The notes: generated from the letters alone by a model not told the origin. A DNA stretch of 64,000 bases from a virus (IMGVR_UViG_3300005611_001698:130409-194408); one strand, 5' to 3'. Counted from the first letter of the stretch, positions 47,534 to 58,719 are shown. A program made the numbers and translations.

Positions 47534-50500
47534 TATGCTTTAATGATATATTTAGTCTTGTGGAATGGGTTGATAATAGGAACTTGTCTCTGTGGTCTCA
47601 TAGTAACAATAGGAGTTGGTTTCTTAAAACTACTCGTAAACTCAAATAATCCATCAGTCATGTCCATAAAAATATCATTTTGTGTAAATGTAACTTGAAT
47701 ATTTGTAGCAGCACCTCCTTCCCCTGCTTGACCGACAGCAGTAACTTCAAACATTCTATCACCAGTACCGTCAAGATTATTCCACCATTCTACAGTAAGT
47801 TTATCACCAACTTGATAATTTTGACCAGAACTAAGAATTAAATCAACTTTATATCTTGTATCTCCATATGGAAAATTACCATTTATAGATGGCCATGGAG
47901 TTGCTGTCCATCGTATCCTCGCTCCAGATCCATTTTGTGGTCCTGTTTGATCAGCAGAATAAATCAAATCATCCTCTCTCGTAATTGTATCATCTGGACT
48001 CGTCCAATAACCATTTGGATCTCCAGTATCAGGTCCACCAGCAATACGATATGCCCAATCACCAATGCCACGGTTTACATATGCTCCACCATCATCCCTA
48101 GCACCAAATTCATCTCGTTTTGTCCATAATCTAAATGTTTGAATTGATCCCTCAACACCAGCACCAAGACCACTACCAAACGGATCTGCTTGTGATCCAG
48201 CACCAGATAAATTACCACCAGTAAAATCAGTTTGTGGATTTGGAACAGAATTTTCAGTAATTAAATGGGAGTGAGATAAAGTATTACCAGTCGCTGGGGT
48301 ATAATTATCAATTCTAAAATTGACTGGTTCTGTGTCTATAACAGCACATTGCTCTGGTCCACCGCCACTACCTACATCTTGTAAACTTGCTGAATCTAAT
48401 TCAGATACAGGAGATGTCCACCAAACTAAAAATTCAATTGCGGGCACTTGATAATCATTTTGTGGTTCACCCCAACTTGTGTCCCCATTAAAAGGATTAT
48501 TTTGATTTCTTTGATCACCAGTGGGTAAATTCTGTATAATCCAGGTTCGTAAATCAAAATCTCCTCCATAATATACTTGTAGTTCCTGAGCAAAATTAGT
48601 AATAGTACCAAGCCAGGTTTGCCATGCTCCAATCGTCATCTCAACATCTTCTGCTCTATAATCTCCTGATCTACTATCTGAATTTCCTCCAGGTACTCTT
48701 GATCCAGTTCCAAACATAGCTTTTTGGGGGTTCCATGGAATGAGAGGTTCCCCGCCGTCACTTTCAACAACAGCACTTATAAAAGCATGGTTGTGATTGG
48801 GTGCTGCGACAATAACATCATTTAAAGGTCCAATTTGTGCTGTAACAAGACCATTAATACTAAATGTAACACTATCAGTAATAGTTTCAAGACCTTCAAG
48901 TCTTACTGTTCCAAGAGAGAAGAATTGAGAATTCAATCCACTAGTTGAGGTTGGTGGTCCTTGAATTTGTTCCAAAGGTTGAACACCAAATGAGTCTACT
49001 TTATCAAAATACCAATATCCACCCTGTGCTCCAACATCAGTAATTCCTTTCCCTGATGTTGAAACTGGTAAGAATGCCGAATTGCCCCTAGAAGAATCTA
49101 CAACACCAACTCCACACAATCTTCTATTTCTGTAATCTGGTAAATTAAAAGATCCTGTATATGTTATAACTCCTTCTTCTGTTTCATTTCTAATACCATT
49201 ACCACCATAATTATTTCCTATAACATCAAATAAAGGACCGTATTGAGCTGCGTCTAATGATTGTCCCTCGCAAACAATAAATCCAGGATATCTAGATGCC
49301 AAAGTTCCTTGCAGGTTTCCATAGTCAGCAACACCTTCTTTCAAGATTGGTAAGACAGTTCCTACCTGATATCCATCAAATTTCTCAGTTTTTTTACTAT
49401 ACCAAACACCTAATTGTGCGGCACTTGGAGGTACTGCAGCATATGTTCTAACAGTCCATGTAAATGGATTATTGGAAGATCCTGTGCCAACACTAACTTC
49501 TGTAAATTCAGGAGTATTTAATTGTGTAGCTGATTTAATGACCAGATAAAAACTACTATTTACTCTAGGATCAAATGTTCTAGGACCAGCAACAGGAGTA
49601 TCATAATCTATCGATATTAATGCATCATATCCACTAAGAACTTCAATAGTAATTGGTCTATTGATGCCACTCACTGTTATAGGAGCACTACTTACAAATG
49701 TATTTGGGATTTGATTGTTTCTATCAGTTGGTGGTGTAAATACTGCTGTAGTGTCGGGACCAGTATTTGTTACAACTGTCCATGTAGCTATCTGTCTAGA
49801 ACCAACTTTAATAGTAGCAGTAACATTATCACCAAATGTAGCAGATGATCGTGCGTAAAGTGTAATTATATCACCATTATCAACCGTTGCTGGAAACACA
49901 CCAATAGAACCATCATTAATTTTAATCTTTACTTCAGATGCTGTTGTTTGATCATCAACCAATTCAACCTGAACAGGAATTCCCAATCCTGTTAATCCAC
50001 CAACTGGTCTTGGATCTGATGGTTGTAAAAAATCTTCAATCGCAGCAGGTATATCAGGAAAACTAAAAGAATTTGGTGTTGTAGATGGATTAGCATCAGT
50101 TGTCACTGACCATGTATCTCCTCCAGAAACATCAGCGATTGACAAATCTGTTGCTGTTGGAGTAAGACCTGTGCCAGCACTAAGAATTCTTAATTGTAAA
50201 TAATCACCATTTTGAATAGTTCCTTGAGTACCAGTAAATAGAGTATCTGATAGAACAGTAAATCCATCATTATTTGTAAATGTGTTACCAGTAGTACTTA
50301 TCCCATACTGACCACCATTTGTCATGCTAATTGGTCCTGGTGAATTTAATCCCTGAATTCGTATGACTTCACTATAACAATAAGTATTTGATGGTTGATC
50401 AATTAAATCTGTATAATCTGGAAATGGTTCTGGTTTATTCTGTGGTACTGCTTTGGTAGTTATTCTCCATGTTTCGTTCGACGTACCAACAGCAAGAGTT

Positions 50501-50982
50501 AAACGTAATGGAGTATTGTTAAATGGAGATGTTGTTCCACGAATTTGTATCTTCGCACCGTTTACAACGGTTTGTGATCCATCAGTATGAATCCACCCCG
50601 TATCCCAAGTGCCATCACCATCATAATCAAAACGAATAGAATAATCAGCAGTTGTAGATCCAATATTAGAAGTTAATGAAACCGCTGCTTGAGTAGTATC
50701 AGTAAGACCAGTGATCGTAGTTATTGTCTCTGCAGAACGAGTACCATCAGCCCAAACATACATTGTTGAAAGTTCTGCATCTTCAACATTAGTAAAAGGA
50801 AAAGGATCTGGAGTAAAGTCCTGAGGAACTGTTATGATACTCCAATATTGTGTTAAATCACCAATCTGAATGGTAACTGTCTGCGTGGTAGCCCACGTAG
50901 AAGGTGCCTTAAATTTAAACTGAACATAATCACCCTCTGACACATAAAGCGGGTCATTAGCAGCAGCATATGAATAAACCAT
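47530..50982 (-). CDS. Tail-collar-domain tail-fibre protein
   Basis: VGTVLP..PGFIVCEGQSL..Y..LFDVIGNNYGG..FNLPDYR, HNH/HSH motifs, C-terminal YIIKAY. Confidence 0.8.
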   Translation of the reverse strand: MVYSYAAANDPLYVSEGDYVQFKFKAPSTWATTQTVTIQIGDLTQYWSIITVPQDFTPDPFPFTNVEDAELSTMYVWADGTRSAETITTITGLTDTTQAAVSLTSNIGSTTADYSIRFDYDGDGTWDTGWIHTDGSQTVVNGAKIQIRGTTSPFNNTPLRLTLAVGTSNETWRITTKAVPQNKPEPFPDYTDLIDQPSNTYCYSEVIRIQGLNSPGPISMTNGGQYGISTTGNTFTNNDGFTVLSDTLFTGTQGTIQNGDYLQLRILSAGTGLTPTATDLSIADVSGGDTWSVTTDANPSTTPNSFSFPDIPAAIEDFLQPSDPRPVGGLTGLGIPVQVELVDDQTTASEVKIKINDGSIGVFPATVDNGDIITLYARSSATFGDNVTATIKVGSRQIATWTVVTNTGPDTTAVFTPPTDRNNQIPNTFVSSAPITVSGINRPITIEVLSGYDALISIDYDTPVAGPRTFDPRVNSSFYLVIKSATQLNTPEFTEVSVGTGSSNNPFTWTVRTYAAVPPSAAQLGVWYSKKTEKFDGYQVGTVLPILKEGVADYGNLQGTLASRYPGFIVCEGQSLDAAQYGPLFDVIGNNYGGNGIRNETEEGVITYTGSFNLPDYRNRRLCGVGVVDSSRGNSAFLPVSTSGKGITDVGAQGGYWYFDKVDSFGVQPLEQIQGPPTSTSGLNSQFFSLGTVRLEGLETITDSVTFSINGLVTAQIGPLNDVIVAAPNHNHAFISAVVESDGGEPLIPWNPQKAMFGTGSRVPGGNSDSRSGDYRAEDVEMTIGAWQTWLGTITNFAQELQVYYGGDFDLRTWIIQNLPTGDQRNQNNPFNGDTSWGEPQNDYQVPAIEFLVWWTSPVSELDSASLQDVGSGGGPEQCAVIDTEPVNFRIDNYTPATGNTLSHSHLITENSVPNPQTDFTGGNLSGAGSQADPFGSGLGAGVEGSIQTFRLWTKRDEFGARDDGGAYVNRGIGDWAYRIAGGPDTGDPNGYWTSPDDTITREDDLIYSADQTGPQNGSGARIRWTATPWPSINGNFPYGDTRYKVDLILSSGQNYQVGDKLTVEWWNNLDGTGDRMFEVTAVGQAGEGGAATNIQVTFTQNDIFMDMTDGLFEFTSSFKKPTPIVTMRPQRQVPIINPFHKTKYIIKAY

Positions 50983-51011
50983 TCGTTCCTACAAAGGCGT
51001 CCAGTATTAGT

Positions 51012-51019
51012 TATTTATT
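51012..51019 (-). promoter_or_regulatory. Late promoter (AATAAATA)
   Basis: NATAAATA 30 nt upstream of the 50982 ATG. Confidence 0.55.
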
Positions 51020-52748
51020 ATAACTGTCGAACATTCTCCCAGACACCCTCATCATTTACTTGTACTTGAATCGGGAAATTGGCTTTAATTTCCACATCAA
51101 TATCAATATCATCGACTAATAATTTTTCACTTAAAACATCAGTCTCTGGTGTTATAACAGGTTCCTGATTTGCTATCAAATCATCGCTATCTGGGGGATT
51201 TAAATTTTCTGGTGTATCATCGATATTAATAACGACAACATCTGAAGAATTTACTGTACCTCCATTACCAGTTCCTTCAATGGTGTAACCAACAGTGAGT
51301 GGTCCCCTATTTGTATAGGGTATTGTAGTAGTATAAGTGGAAGTAACCTCAGTTGTTCCAACATTCTGTTCTGCTGAATTTGGACGAGATAGTTGTACAG
51401 GATCTCCAACAACTGTAACTCCTTCGAGATAATAATAAGTTGGTGTTAAAGTTAACGAAGTATTTGTATAAGTAGCCGTATATTCAATTGTTCCTTGTGT
51501 TCCATAATCTAAAGAAGTAGGATAATCAACACTTAAAATTGGTAATTGATAAACAGTTACCGTTATTGATGCTACAGGACTAGTACCACCCAATCCAGAA
51601 ACTCTACCAGAATATGTTGTTGACACGGTTGGTGTTAAAACTACAGAACTATTCAAATTTGTATTAGTAATTCCACCCGTTATCCAAGTAATCGTATTAG
51701 CATCACCAGTAGTATTCCAACTCAATGTAACTGATTGTCCGACAACAATTGAAGTTCTAGATAAAGTAAGATATAAAACAGGAGGAATATAAACAGTTAC
51801 CGTTAATTGTGCATCAACCGCAGTTACACCATCCAATCCAACAACGGACAAAATATATGTTGTATCATCAGCAGGAGATACTGTTAGACTACCATTTGGC
51901 ATGGTAACACTAACATTTCCAGGATTTATTACTCCTGTTGTAGTAAATGAAGTTGTCCAAGACAATGTTGTTGTATCACCAGAAATAATTGGATTTGGAG
52001 AAACAGTGAAACTATTAATTACTGGATTTGCCAAATCATATTGTACTGTAACGTAACCATTTCCAGATATCGTATCACTGTTTGTGTAACTTATGTAACT
52101 AGAATTATACCAACTAGAACCACCACTGCCACCACCAGAAGGATAACGTCCTGCGCGATCATCTGCGCCTTCTCTACCGCCGCCACCACCAGGAGATCCA
52201 GCGCCACCACCGCCACCGCCACCACCATCAAAACCTTGAGATGCTCCTGTGCCACCACCAGATAAGGATCCATTTCCACTGTTCATACCTCCAGCATTAC
52301 CACCATTCCCTCCTCTAAGAAAACCATCGGGATGAGATCCACCACCAGCTCCTCCGCCACCTCCTAAAATAGCTATACGACCACCAGCAATACTATCAGA
52401 TAGAGTAGTAGCACCGCCACCTCCACCGCCTCCACCAGAGCATCCCTGTGGTCCTGTATTACCGCCTCTACCACCAGAAGCAGCTCCAGACCCACCATTT
52501 CCTGCGCCACTTCCACTTACACAACCAAATCCATTTTGTCCTTGATTTCCAATAACCCAACTAACTGTTCTTGAGGTATAATTGGGAAATATAAATGTTG
52601 TTCGACGACCGCGACCACCAGTTCCGCCTGGGTTACTATCATTTCCACCATTCCCACCACCACCAGCAGCTGCTGTAATTCTGATATTCTGAGCATTAGA
52701 AGGAATAAACTTACTACCATTGCCACTATAAGTTTGATTGAAAGACAT
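51018..52748 (-). CDS. Ig-like-repeat virion protein, paralog C (Gly-rich head)
   Basis: Start MSFNQ via TAATG overlap; poly-Gly N-terminus, Ig-like TLSW repeats, shared C-terminus WENVRQL. Confidence 0.75.
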   Translation of the reverse strand: MSFNQTYSGNGSKFIPSNAQNIRITAAAGGGGNGGNDSNPGGTGGRGRRTTFIFPNYTSRTVSWVIGNQGQNGFGCVSGSGAGNGGSGAASGGRGGNTGPQGCSGGGGGGGGATTLSDSIAGGRIAILGGGGGAGGGSHPDGFLRGGNGGNAGGMNSGNGSLSGGGTGASQGFDGGGGGGGGAGSPGGGGGREGADDRAGRYPSGGGSGGSSWYNSSYISYTNSDTISGNGYVTVQYDLANPVINSFTVSPNPIISGDTTTLSWTTSFTTTGVINPGNVSVTMPNGSLTVSPADDTTYILSVVGLDGVTAVDAQLTVTVYIPPVLYLTLSRTSIVVGQSVTLSWNTTGDANTITWITGGITNTNLNSSVVLTPTVSTTYSGRVSGLGGTSPVASITVTVYQLPILSVDYPTSLDYGTQGTIEYTATYTNTSLTLTPTYYYLEGVTVVGDPVQLSRPNSAEQNVGTTEVTSTYTTTIPYTNRGPLTVGYTIEGTGNGGTVNSSDVVVINIDDTPENLNPPDSDDLIANQEPVITPETDVLSEKLLVDDIDIDVEIKANFPIQVQVNDEGVWENVRQL

Positions 52749-55504
52749 TATAGCTCCCTCACATTTTCCCAAGTACCACTGTTATTTAACTGTACTTGTA
52801 TTGGATAATCAGCTTTAACTTCAACATCAATGTCTATATCGTCAATCAAATACTGTTCAGTTAAAACGTCAGTATCTGGTGTTACAACAGGTTCTTGATC
52901 TGCAAGTAAATCTTCACTATCTATTATATTAAGATTTTCTGGGGTTAAGTCAATAATAATTGGTACAGTAGCACTAGATGCTACAGGTCCACCATCACCA
53001 GAACCAGAGATAACAAAAGCAACAGAAATTGGTCCCCTATCAGTATAGGGTATAGTCGTAGTATAAGTATCAGTAACTTCAGTTGTTCCAACACCAGACT
53101 CAGCTGAGTCACCTTTGCTTAAATTAACAGTATCACCAGTCACTTCAACATCATCTAAGTAATAATATGTTGGCGTTAAAGTTAAACTGCTATTGACATA
53201 ATTACTAGTGTATTCAATAATTCCTTGTGTATTATAAGCAATACTAGTTGGATAATCAACAGTTAGAGTTGGTATTTGAGAAACTCTAACTGTCACTGAA
53301 GCTGTATCACTAGTGCCTCCTAATCCAGTCGCATAACCAGAATATGTTGTGGTAACTGTAGGTTCCTCTTCACTTTCACTAGTCAAATTTGTATTGCTAA
53401 TGCCTCCCTGAGTCCACACAAAGTTATCTGCATCACCAGAAGTTGACCATTCTATCGTGACTGAATTCCCAACAATAATTGATGTTCCAGGATTAGCACT
53501 AATTGTAACTGAAGGTCTAGTGTAAACAACAATTTCCACACTATCCTGATTACTACCACCAGCATTGGTCGCTTCGAAAGTATATGTTTGTGTTGATGTA
53601 GGACATACTGTTGCTGTTCCACTAGATCCTGGATTATTAACATCAGTTAAAGTAAAAGTATCTCCACCAGAAGAACTCCATGTTAATGTAGAGCATCTAT
53701 CGTCTTGATCACCACCAACAATAACAGTTGTTGGATTGGCGTCGAGACTTACTGTAGGTTTATCTGGAACTGTTACAGTAACAGTAACATTTGCTGAAGC
53801 GGATATTCCTTCAGCAGTTGTTACTGTATATGTGTATTTTGTGGTTTGACTGGGAGTAACTTTAAATCCATTTGCGGGACTATTAGCACCTGGACTAGCA
53901 ACAATAACATTATTAGCGCCATCCGTTAAAGTATATGTTGATCCATTAGAAGAACTCCACGTCAATGTAGAACCGTTTGGATCACCCAATACAAATGACG
54001 TTGGCGAAGCACTGATACTAGCAGTTGGTTGAGCTGGTGGAGGAGATCCTATAGAAATAGTAACTGAATCTTCAGCAGTTGTACCGTCTGCAGCAGTTAC
54101 TATGTAAGTATATGTGGTTTCTACAGTCGGACAAACTTGATAACCTGTTGTGTTACTGGCACCTGGATCAGAATTAATAACAACTCCATTAGCTTCCAAA
54201 CTATAGGTGCTTCCGTCAGTAGAAGACCAAGTTAAAAGAGCACATCCTGGTGGTATAACGCTAGAAACATCTGAACTAATAGATGCGGTTGGATTGCCTG
54301 GCTCTGCTATTGTTACTTTTATATCAGAATTAACAGTTCCTCCTGGTCCTGTTACTTTATAATTGTAAGTTGTAGTTTGTGTTGGTGTAATAGCATAAGA
54401 CCCACTACTACCTGGATTTGTGTATATAGAATCTCCACCTTTGACTTTTAATTCATATGAATATTGAGGTTCTTCTGTAACCTCAGTAATTTTAATTATT
54501 CTATCAGCAGACTGAAAAAAATCATTATTCCATATAGCAGGAGAAAGAATATCACCAACAGAATATCCAGTGCCACTTTTCGTAACTCTATTAATTACAA
54601 TTTTAGTATTTCTTGCTTTAGGTGGACTATCATCATTCGTCAAAGGGTAGAATGATATATTCATCTTTATATTGGAACCATTTCCACCATCCATATCATA
54701 AGTGCCAGAAATAGGATTAGCACCAAAACCATCAAATTGTGTACCACCTTGCCTGAGTTGCCACCCTGTAAAATCACTATCAGATCCATTATAAGTAGAG
54801 TCTGGTGTAGCGGCACGACCCATAGGTTCTAAACAGTAATTAGTATCCCATATACCACTGCCGTCACCAATGGGACTACCACTATTAAGATCAACTTTAT
54901 ATCTTCCATCCCATCCACGAAGTTTTCCAGCAGGTGGGTGATTATCGATTTTAGCATCACCTTCCCAACTCAAAGTAACTTCTGTTCCTGCAAAAACAGT
55001 AATATCATTAGTGCCATTATTTACTTTAAGAAGCGCAGTAGGTTCTTCAGTAACTTCCTTTATTCTAAAAATGCGGTCAGCAGAATCAATAAAATCATCA
55101 TCCCATATATCACAAGAAATAACATCACCAACAGAATATCCAGTGCCATAATTTAGAATTTCATTAAGTATAATTTGTGTATTTCCTGCTTTGGTATTAT
55201 CTGAATTTCTAAGAGGAGCAAATGTCAAATTCATCCTCAATCCAGTTCCAGTTCCACCAGTCATATCATAAGTGCCAGTAATAGGTTCAGCATCAAAACC
55301 ATTACTAGATGGATCTATAGTTTCCCAACCATCATTAGGTGAACTAGATCCACCTAAACTTGGTCCTGGTGTAGCGGCACGACCCATTGCCTCCCCGACT
55401 TGATTCAGATCCCATAGTTCATCAGAAGTGTTACCAAGAGAATCTCCACTATTAATACCAACTTTATATCTCCCCTCCCATTCAAGAACTTTTCCGATTG
55501 CCAT
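52748..55504 (-). CDS. Ig-like-repeat virion protein, paralog B (duplicated head domain)
   Basis: Start MAIGK via TAATG overlap; two copies of a head domain; shared C-terminus WENVREL. Confidence 0.75.
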   Translation of the reverse strand: MAIGKVLEWEGRYKVGINSGDSLGNTSDELWDLNQVGEAMGRAATPGPSLGGSSSPNDGWETIDPSSNGFDAEPITGTYDMTGGTGTGLRMNLTFAPLRNSDNTKAGNTQIILNEILNYGTGYSVGDVISCDIWDDDFIDSADRIFRIKEVTEEPTALLKVNNGTNDITVFAGTEVTLSWEGDAKIDNHPPAGKLRGWDGRYKVDLNSGSPIGDGSGIWDTNYCLEPMGRAATPDSTYNGSDSDFTGWQLRQGGTQFDGFGANPISGTYDMDGGNGSNIKMNISFYPLTNDDSPPKARNTKIVINRVTKSGTGYSVGDILSPAIWNNDFFQSADRIIKITEVTEEPQYSYELKVKGGDSIYTNPGSSGSYAITPTQTTTYNYKVTGPGGTVNSDIKVTIAEPGNPTASISSDVSSVIPPGCALLTWSSTDGSTYSLEANGVVINSDPGASNTTGYQVCPTVETTYTYIVTAADGTTAEDSVTISIGSPPPAQPTASISASPTSFVLGDPNGSTLTWSSSNGSTYTLTDGANNVIVASPGANSPANGFKVTPSQTTKYTYTVTTAEGISASANVTVTVTVPDKPTVSLDANPTTVIVGGDQDDRCSTLTWSSSGGDTFTLTDVNNPGSSGTATVCPTSTQTYTFEATNAGGSNQDSVEIVVYTRPSVTISANPGTSIIVGNSVTIEWSTSGDADNFVWTQGGISNTNLTSESEEEPTVTTTYSGYATGLGGTSDTASVTVRVSQIPTLTVDYPTSIAYNTQGIIEYTSNYVNSSLTLTPTYYYLDDVEVTGDTVNLSKGDSAESGVGTTEVTDTYTTTIPYTDRGPISVAFVISGSGDGGPVASSATVPIIIDLTPENLNIIDSEDLLADQEPVVTPDTDVLTEQYLIDDIDIDVEVKADYPIQVQLNNSGTWENVREL

Positions 55505-58500
55505 TATAGTTCCCTCACGTTTTCCCAAGTACCATTATTATTTACTTGTACTTGTATTGGATAATCTGATTTTATTTCTACATCAACATCAATATCATCA
55601 ATCAAATATTGATCTGTAAGTTGATCAGATCCAGGTGTTATAACAGGTTCTTGATCTGCAAGTAAATCGTCGCTATCTTGTATATCAATATTGACGGGTG
55701 TTATATCAACGTTTGCTACAAGTGTATGAGTATCAGAAACTAATCCACCATTTCCAGTTGCTGTCATAGTATATACTATTGTCATGGCACCACGACTAGA
55801 CCATGGAATTTCTGTAGTATATTCATCAGTAACTTCCGTTACTCCAATGCCAAATTCTGCGGAACTTGGATTTGATAATGATACAGGAGTACCAGTAGTG
55901 GTAGTTCCATCTAAGAAATAATATGTCGCTGTTAGTATTACAGATGTATTAGCATACTCAGTTGTATACTCAATTAAAGCTTGATTTCCATAATCAACTA
56001 ATGCTGGCCAAGTTACACTTAAAGTTGGTAGTTGATAAACTGTAATTGTAACAGATTTTGTAGTACCAATTCCACCAAGTCCTGTAGGATAGGCACTATA
56101 TGTTGTTGTTACCGTTGGAGCAACTATTTCCGAACTGGTAAGATTAGTATTTGTGGGGTTATTACCACCTCCAGGTTGAGTCCAAACAATTCTATCACCA
56201 TCACCACTAACACTCCATGATAAAGTACGTTGCTCTCCAATAATCATAGTGCTAGTTGGACCAACAGTTAAAGTTAATTCTGGTATCTCATAAACTGTTA
56301 TGGATACACTATCACTTTCAGTATTTGTAGTTGTAGTAGTTGTACTTACGACTTGACAACACTTGTCAGCTAAAAGACCATTTGGATGTGGTAGATTACT
56401 TCCACACTTCCAATGTCCAGATGGACAAGGAACACCAGGGGAAACCCAACCAATTAATGTACTAATATTGGTATATGAAATACTAGTATAAGTTGTATCA
56501 ACTGTATATGTGTATGTCTTATCATCAGTAGGAGATACTGAGAAACCTGCTGGAGGACTACTAGATCCTGGATTATTAACATCAGTCAAAGTATATACAC
56601 TGTTGCTTCTATCTACAGCACTCCATTGAAGTGTTGTACTTTGACCTTCAATAATTGTTGTTGGATTAGCTGTAAGGAGAGGATTTGCTGATCCTGGAGG
56701 TGCTGGTAATACAGTAACTGTAAAAGTATCTGTTACTGTATTACAAGTTCCTACTGCTGTAAGAGTATATGTAGTGGTAGATGTTGGAGTAACAGTAGTA
56801 AATCCATTTTGATTAACAATACCAATATTATTATCAAGTGATACTGTAACTCCAGATCCCTGAACATACCAAGCTAATGTAACATTAGATCCACTATAAA
56901 CTGTAACGCCACTGCCAACTAAATCAGCAGTTATAGTTTCAAGTTGTGTTACACTTGCTGTATCAACTATATCATACGCTCCCATTCCATATCCAGCATA
57001 AACATTTAAAGTATAAGTTCCAGGTACAGAACTGGTAAAAGTATTAGTTTGTGCCGAATTAATAACTACTGCTTGAGTTCCATTAGGATTAAGCACTTCA
57101 GCAGACGAAAAATCACCAGTTACTGTATATGTAAAAGTTCTAGCAACACCAGGACATGTTGTGCTCTGATCAACACTCAATGAACCTGTTGGTGGTTGTA
57201 AAACTGTTACTGTTGCTGTTACCGCTGTTCCACTTCCAGCAGAATTTGAAGCATTACATGAATAAGTTGTAGTTGTTGTTGGATTAACACTTAATGTTCT
57301 CTCAGCACCATCAGTATAATCAAGACTTGTTTCTAGGTACGATAAAGTCATGGAAGTAATGTTTGTACCAGTAGCACCATAGGTTAAAGTAGAACTACCT
57401 CCATTAATAATAGTTGTTGGATTTGCAGAAATATATGGTAGTGGTGGATCCGAAATAACAGTTATTGTGCGAGTTACTGGTGTCGCATCAAGAATTGTCC
57501 CATATGATCCTAGTCCAGTTCCTCCTACAGTAACTGTCGTAGTTTGAGTTGGAGTTAGCGTTTGCTCATAAATCAGACCCAATGCCAAATCATCAGCATC
57601 ATAGTTAGTTGTAGTGCTTCCATTACCATCTGCCACAGTAATGTACATACTATTTTTATAAATGTTTAGAAAACCACTTAGGTAATATCTTACCACTACA
57701 CTCTCAGTAATATTAATAGTTACATCTTGCTGTAAATTATTTAAAAAAACTTTAGGGGTTGGAGCAGGTGGGTCATCAACATATACAGTCTTAAGTTTTG
57801 AAGTTGATGCACCCCCAGCATCTTCAACATAGACTTGATAAGTTGTAGTCTCTGTTGGCGAGAGCTCTTCCGTTTTGGTATAAGTTGTACTCTGAGTGGC
57901 ACTATAAGTTCTGATAGTGGTATTATCTGGCCATGGATATCTTAATTGAAGGTAATTAAGATTTTGACCTCCTAAAGCCGTACCAGTAAATGTTAAATTA
58001 TGACTATTTCCCAACAGAATACGATTTCTATTGCCACCTAGAGGAGCATCTGTAGATATTTCTAACGTAGGAGGACCTATAATGGTTATAGCGCAACTAT
58101 CAATTACAGTATTTCCGTCGCCATCAGTAATTTTAACGAAAAATTCTGTTTGATCTGTGGCTGGTATAAAGGCATAAGTACTGACACCCCATGTTTTATT
58201 GGTACTAGATGTAGATCTACTCCAATATAAGCTAGAAGAAACAGGAGTAGCATATCCTGGTGACGTAGCAGTATAATATGTAAGTGTTACAGAGTCTCCC
58301 TCAGAAATTGTTGTTGGAGATACAGAAATAAATGCCGTAATGTTTGGAGAGTATCTAACTAAATCAAAAGCATTGTTATTATCTCCACCAGGAGGTGCTT
58401 GATATGAGCAAGATTCATCATTATTATCCCACCCATAAGTACTACCTCTATATGTTCCAGGTTTGTAAATATATCCATCATAAAAAACAGTAAGTTCATC

Positions 58501-58719
58501 TTGTGCCGTATATCCATCATTAGGATTAGATGGAGATATAGGTGAAATTAAATTATTGTTTCTAATAATTCGTAATGATCTAACATCTTCATCAGGATTA
58601 GATCGTGCTTGCCCTGATCTTGTATACCATCCATTATTGGGGCGTGGCGAACAACCAGGATCTCTATTAATTCCATTTTGTGCTGTATAGCTAGTTCCGC
58701 TGCCGAGATGCGATGACAT
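55504..58719 (-). CDS. Ig-like-repeat virion protein, paralog A
   Basis: Repeated SANPTTI..G.S.TL.W..PT.TTTY units; shared C-terminus WENVREL. Confidence 0.75.
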   Translation of the reverse strand: MSSHLGSGTSYTAQNGINRDPGCSPRPNNGWYTRSGQARSNPDEDVRSLRIIRNNNLISPISPSNPNDGYTAQDELTVFYDGYIYKPGTYRGSTYGWDNNDESCSYQAPPGGDNNNAFDLVRYSPNITAFISVSPTTISEGDSVTLTYYTATSPGYATPVSSSLYWSRSTSSTNKTWGVSTYAFIPATDQTEFFVKITDGDGNTVIDSCAITIIGPPTLEISTDAPLGGNRNRILLGNSHNLTFTGTALGGQNLNYLQLRYPWPDNTTIRTYSATQSTTYTKTEELSPTETTTYQVYVEDAGGASTSKLKTVYVDDPPAPTPKVFLNNLQQDVTINITESVVVRYYLSGFLNIYKNSMYITVADGNGSTTTNYDADDLALGLIYEQTLTPTQTTTVTVGGTGLGSYGTILDATPVTRTITVISDPPLPYISANPTTIINGGSSTLTYGATGTNITSMTLSYLETSLDYTDGAERTLSVNPTTTTTYSCNASNSAGSGTAVTATVTVLQPPTGSLSVDQSTTCPGVARTFTYTVTGDFSSAEVLNPNGTQAVVINSAQTNTFTSSVPGTYTLNVYAGYGMGAYDIVDTASVTQLETITADLVGSGVTVYSGSNVTLAWYVQGSGVTVSLDNNIGIVNQNGFTTVTPTSTTTYTLTAVGTCNTVTDTFTVTVLPAPPGSANPLLTANPTTIIEGQSTTLQWSAVDRSNSVYTLTDVNNPGSSSPPAGFSVSPTDDKTYTYTVDTTYTSISYTNISTLIGWVSPGVPCPSGHWKCGSNLPHPNGLLADKCCQVVSTTTTTTNTESDSVSITVYEIPELTLTVGPTSTMIIGEQRTLSWSVSGDGDRIVWTQPGGGNNPTNTNLTSSEIVAPTVTTTYSAYPTGLGGIGTTKSVTITVYQLPTLSVTWPALVDYGNQALIEYTTEYANTSVILTATYYFLDGTTTTGTPVSLSNPSSAEFGIGVTEVTDEYTTEIPWSSRGAMTIVYTMTATGNGGLVSDTHTLVANVDITPVNIDIQDSDDLLADQEPVITPGSDQLTDQYLIDDIDVDVEIKSDYPIQVQVNNNGTWENVREL

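Noticed and set aside
52748-55528. Shared N-terminal peptides MGKCEGAIM / MGKREGTIM in the ORF track
   Set aside because: Artefact of reading the conserved WENVREL-stop of the upstream paralog in another frame; the true starts are the TAATG-overlap ATGs
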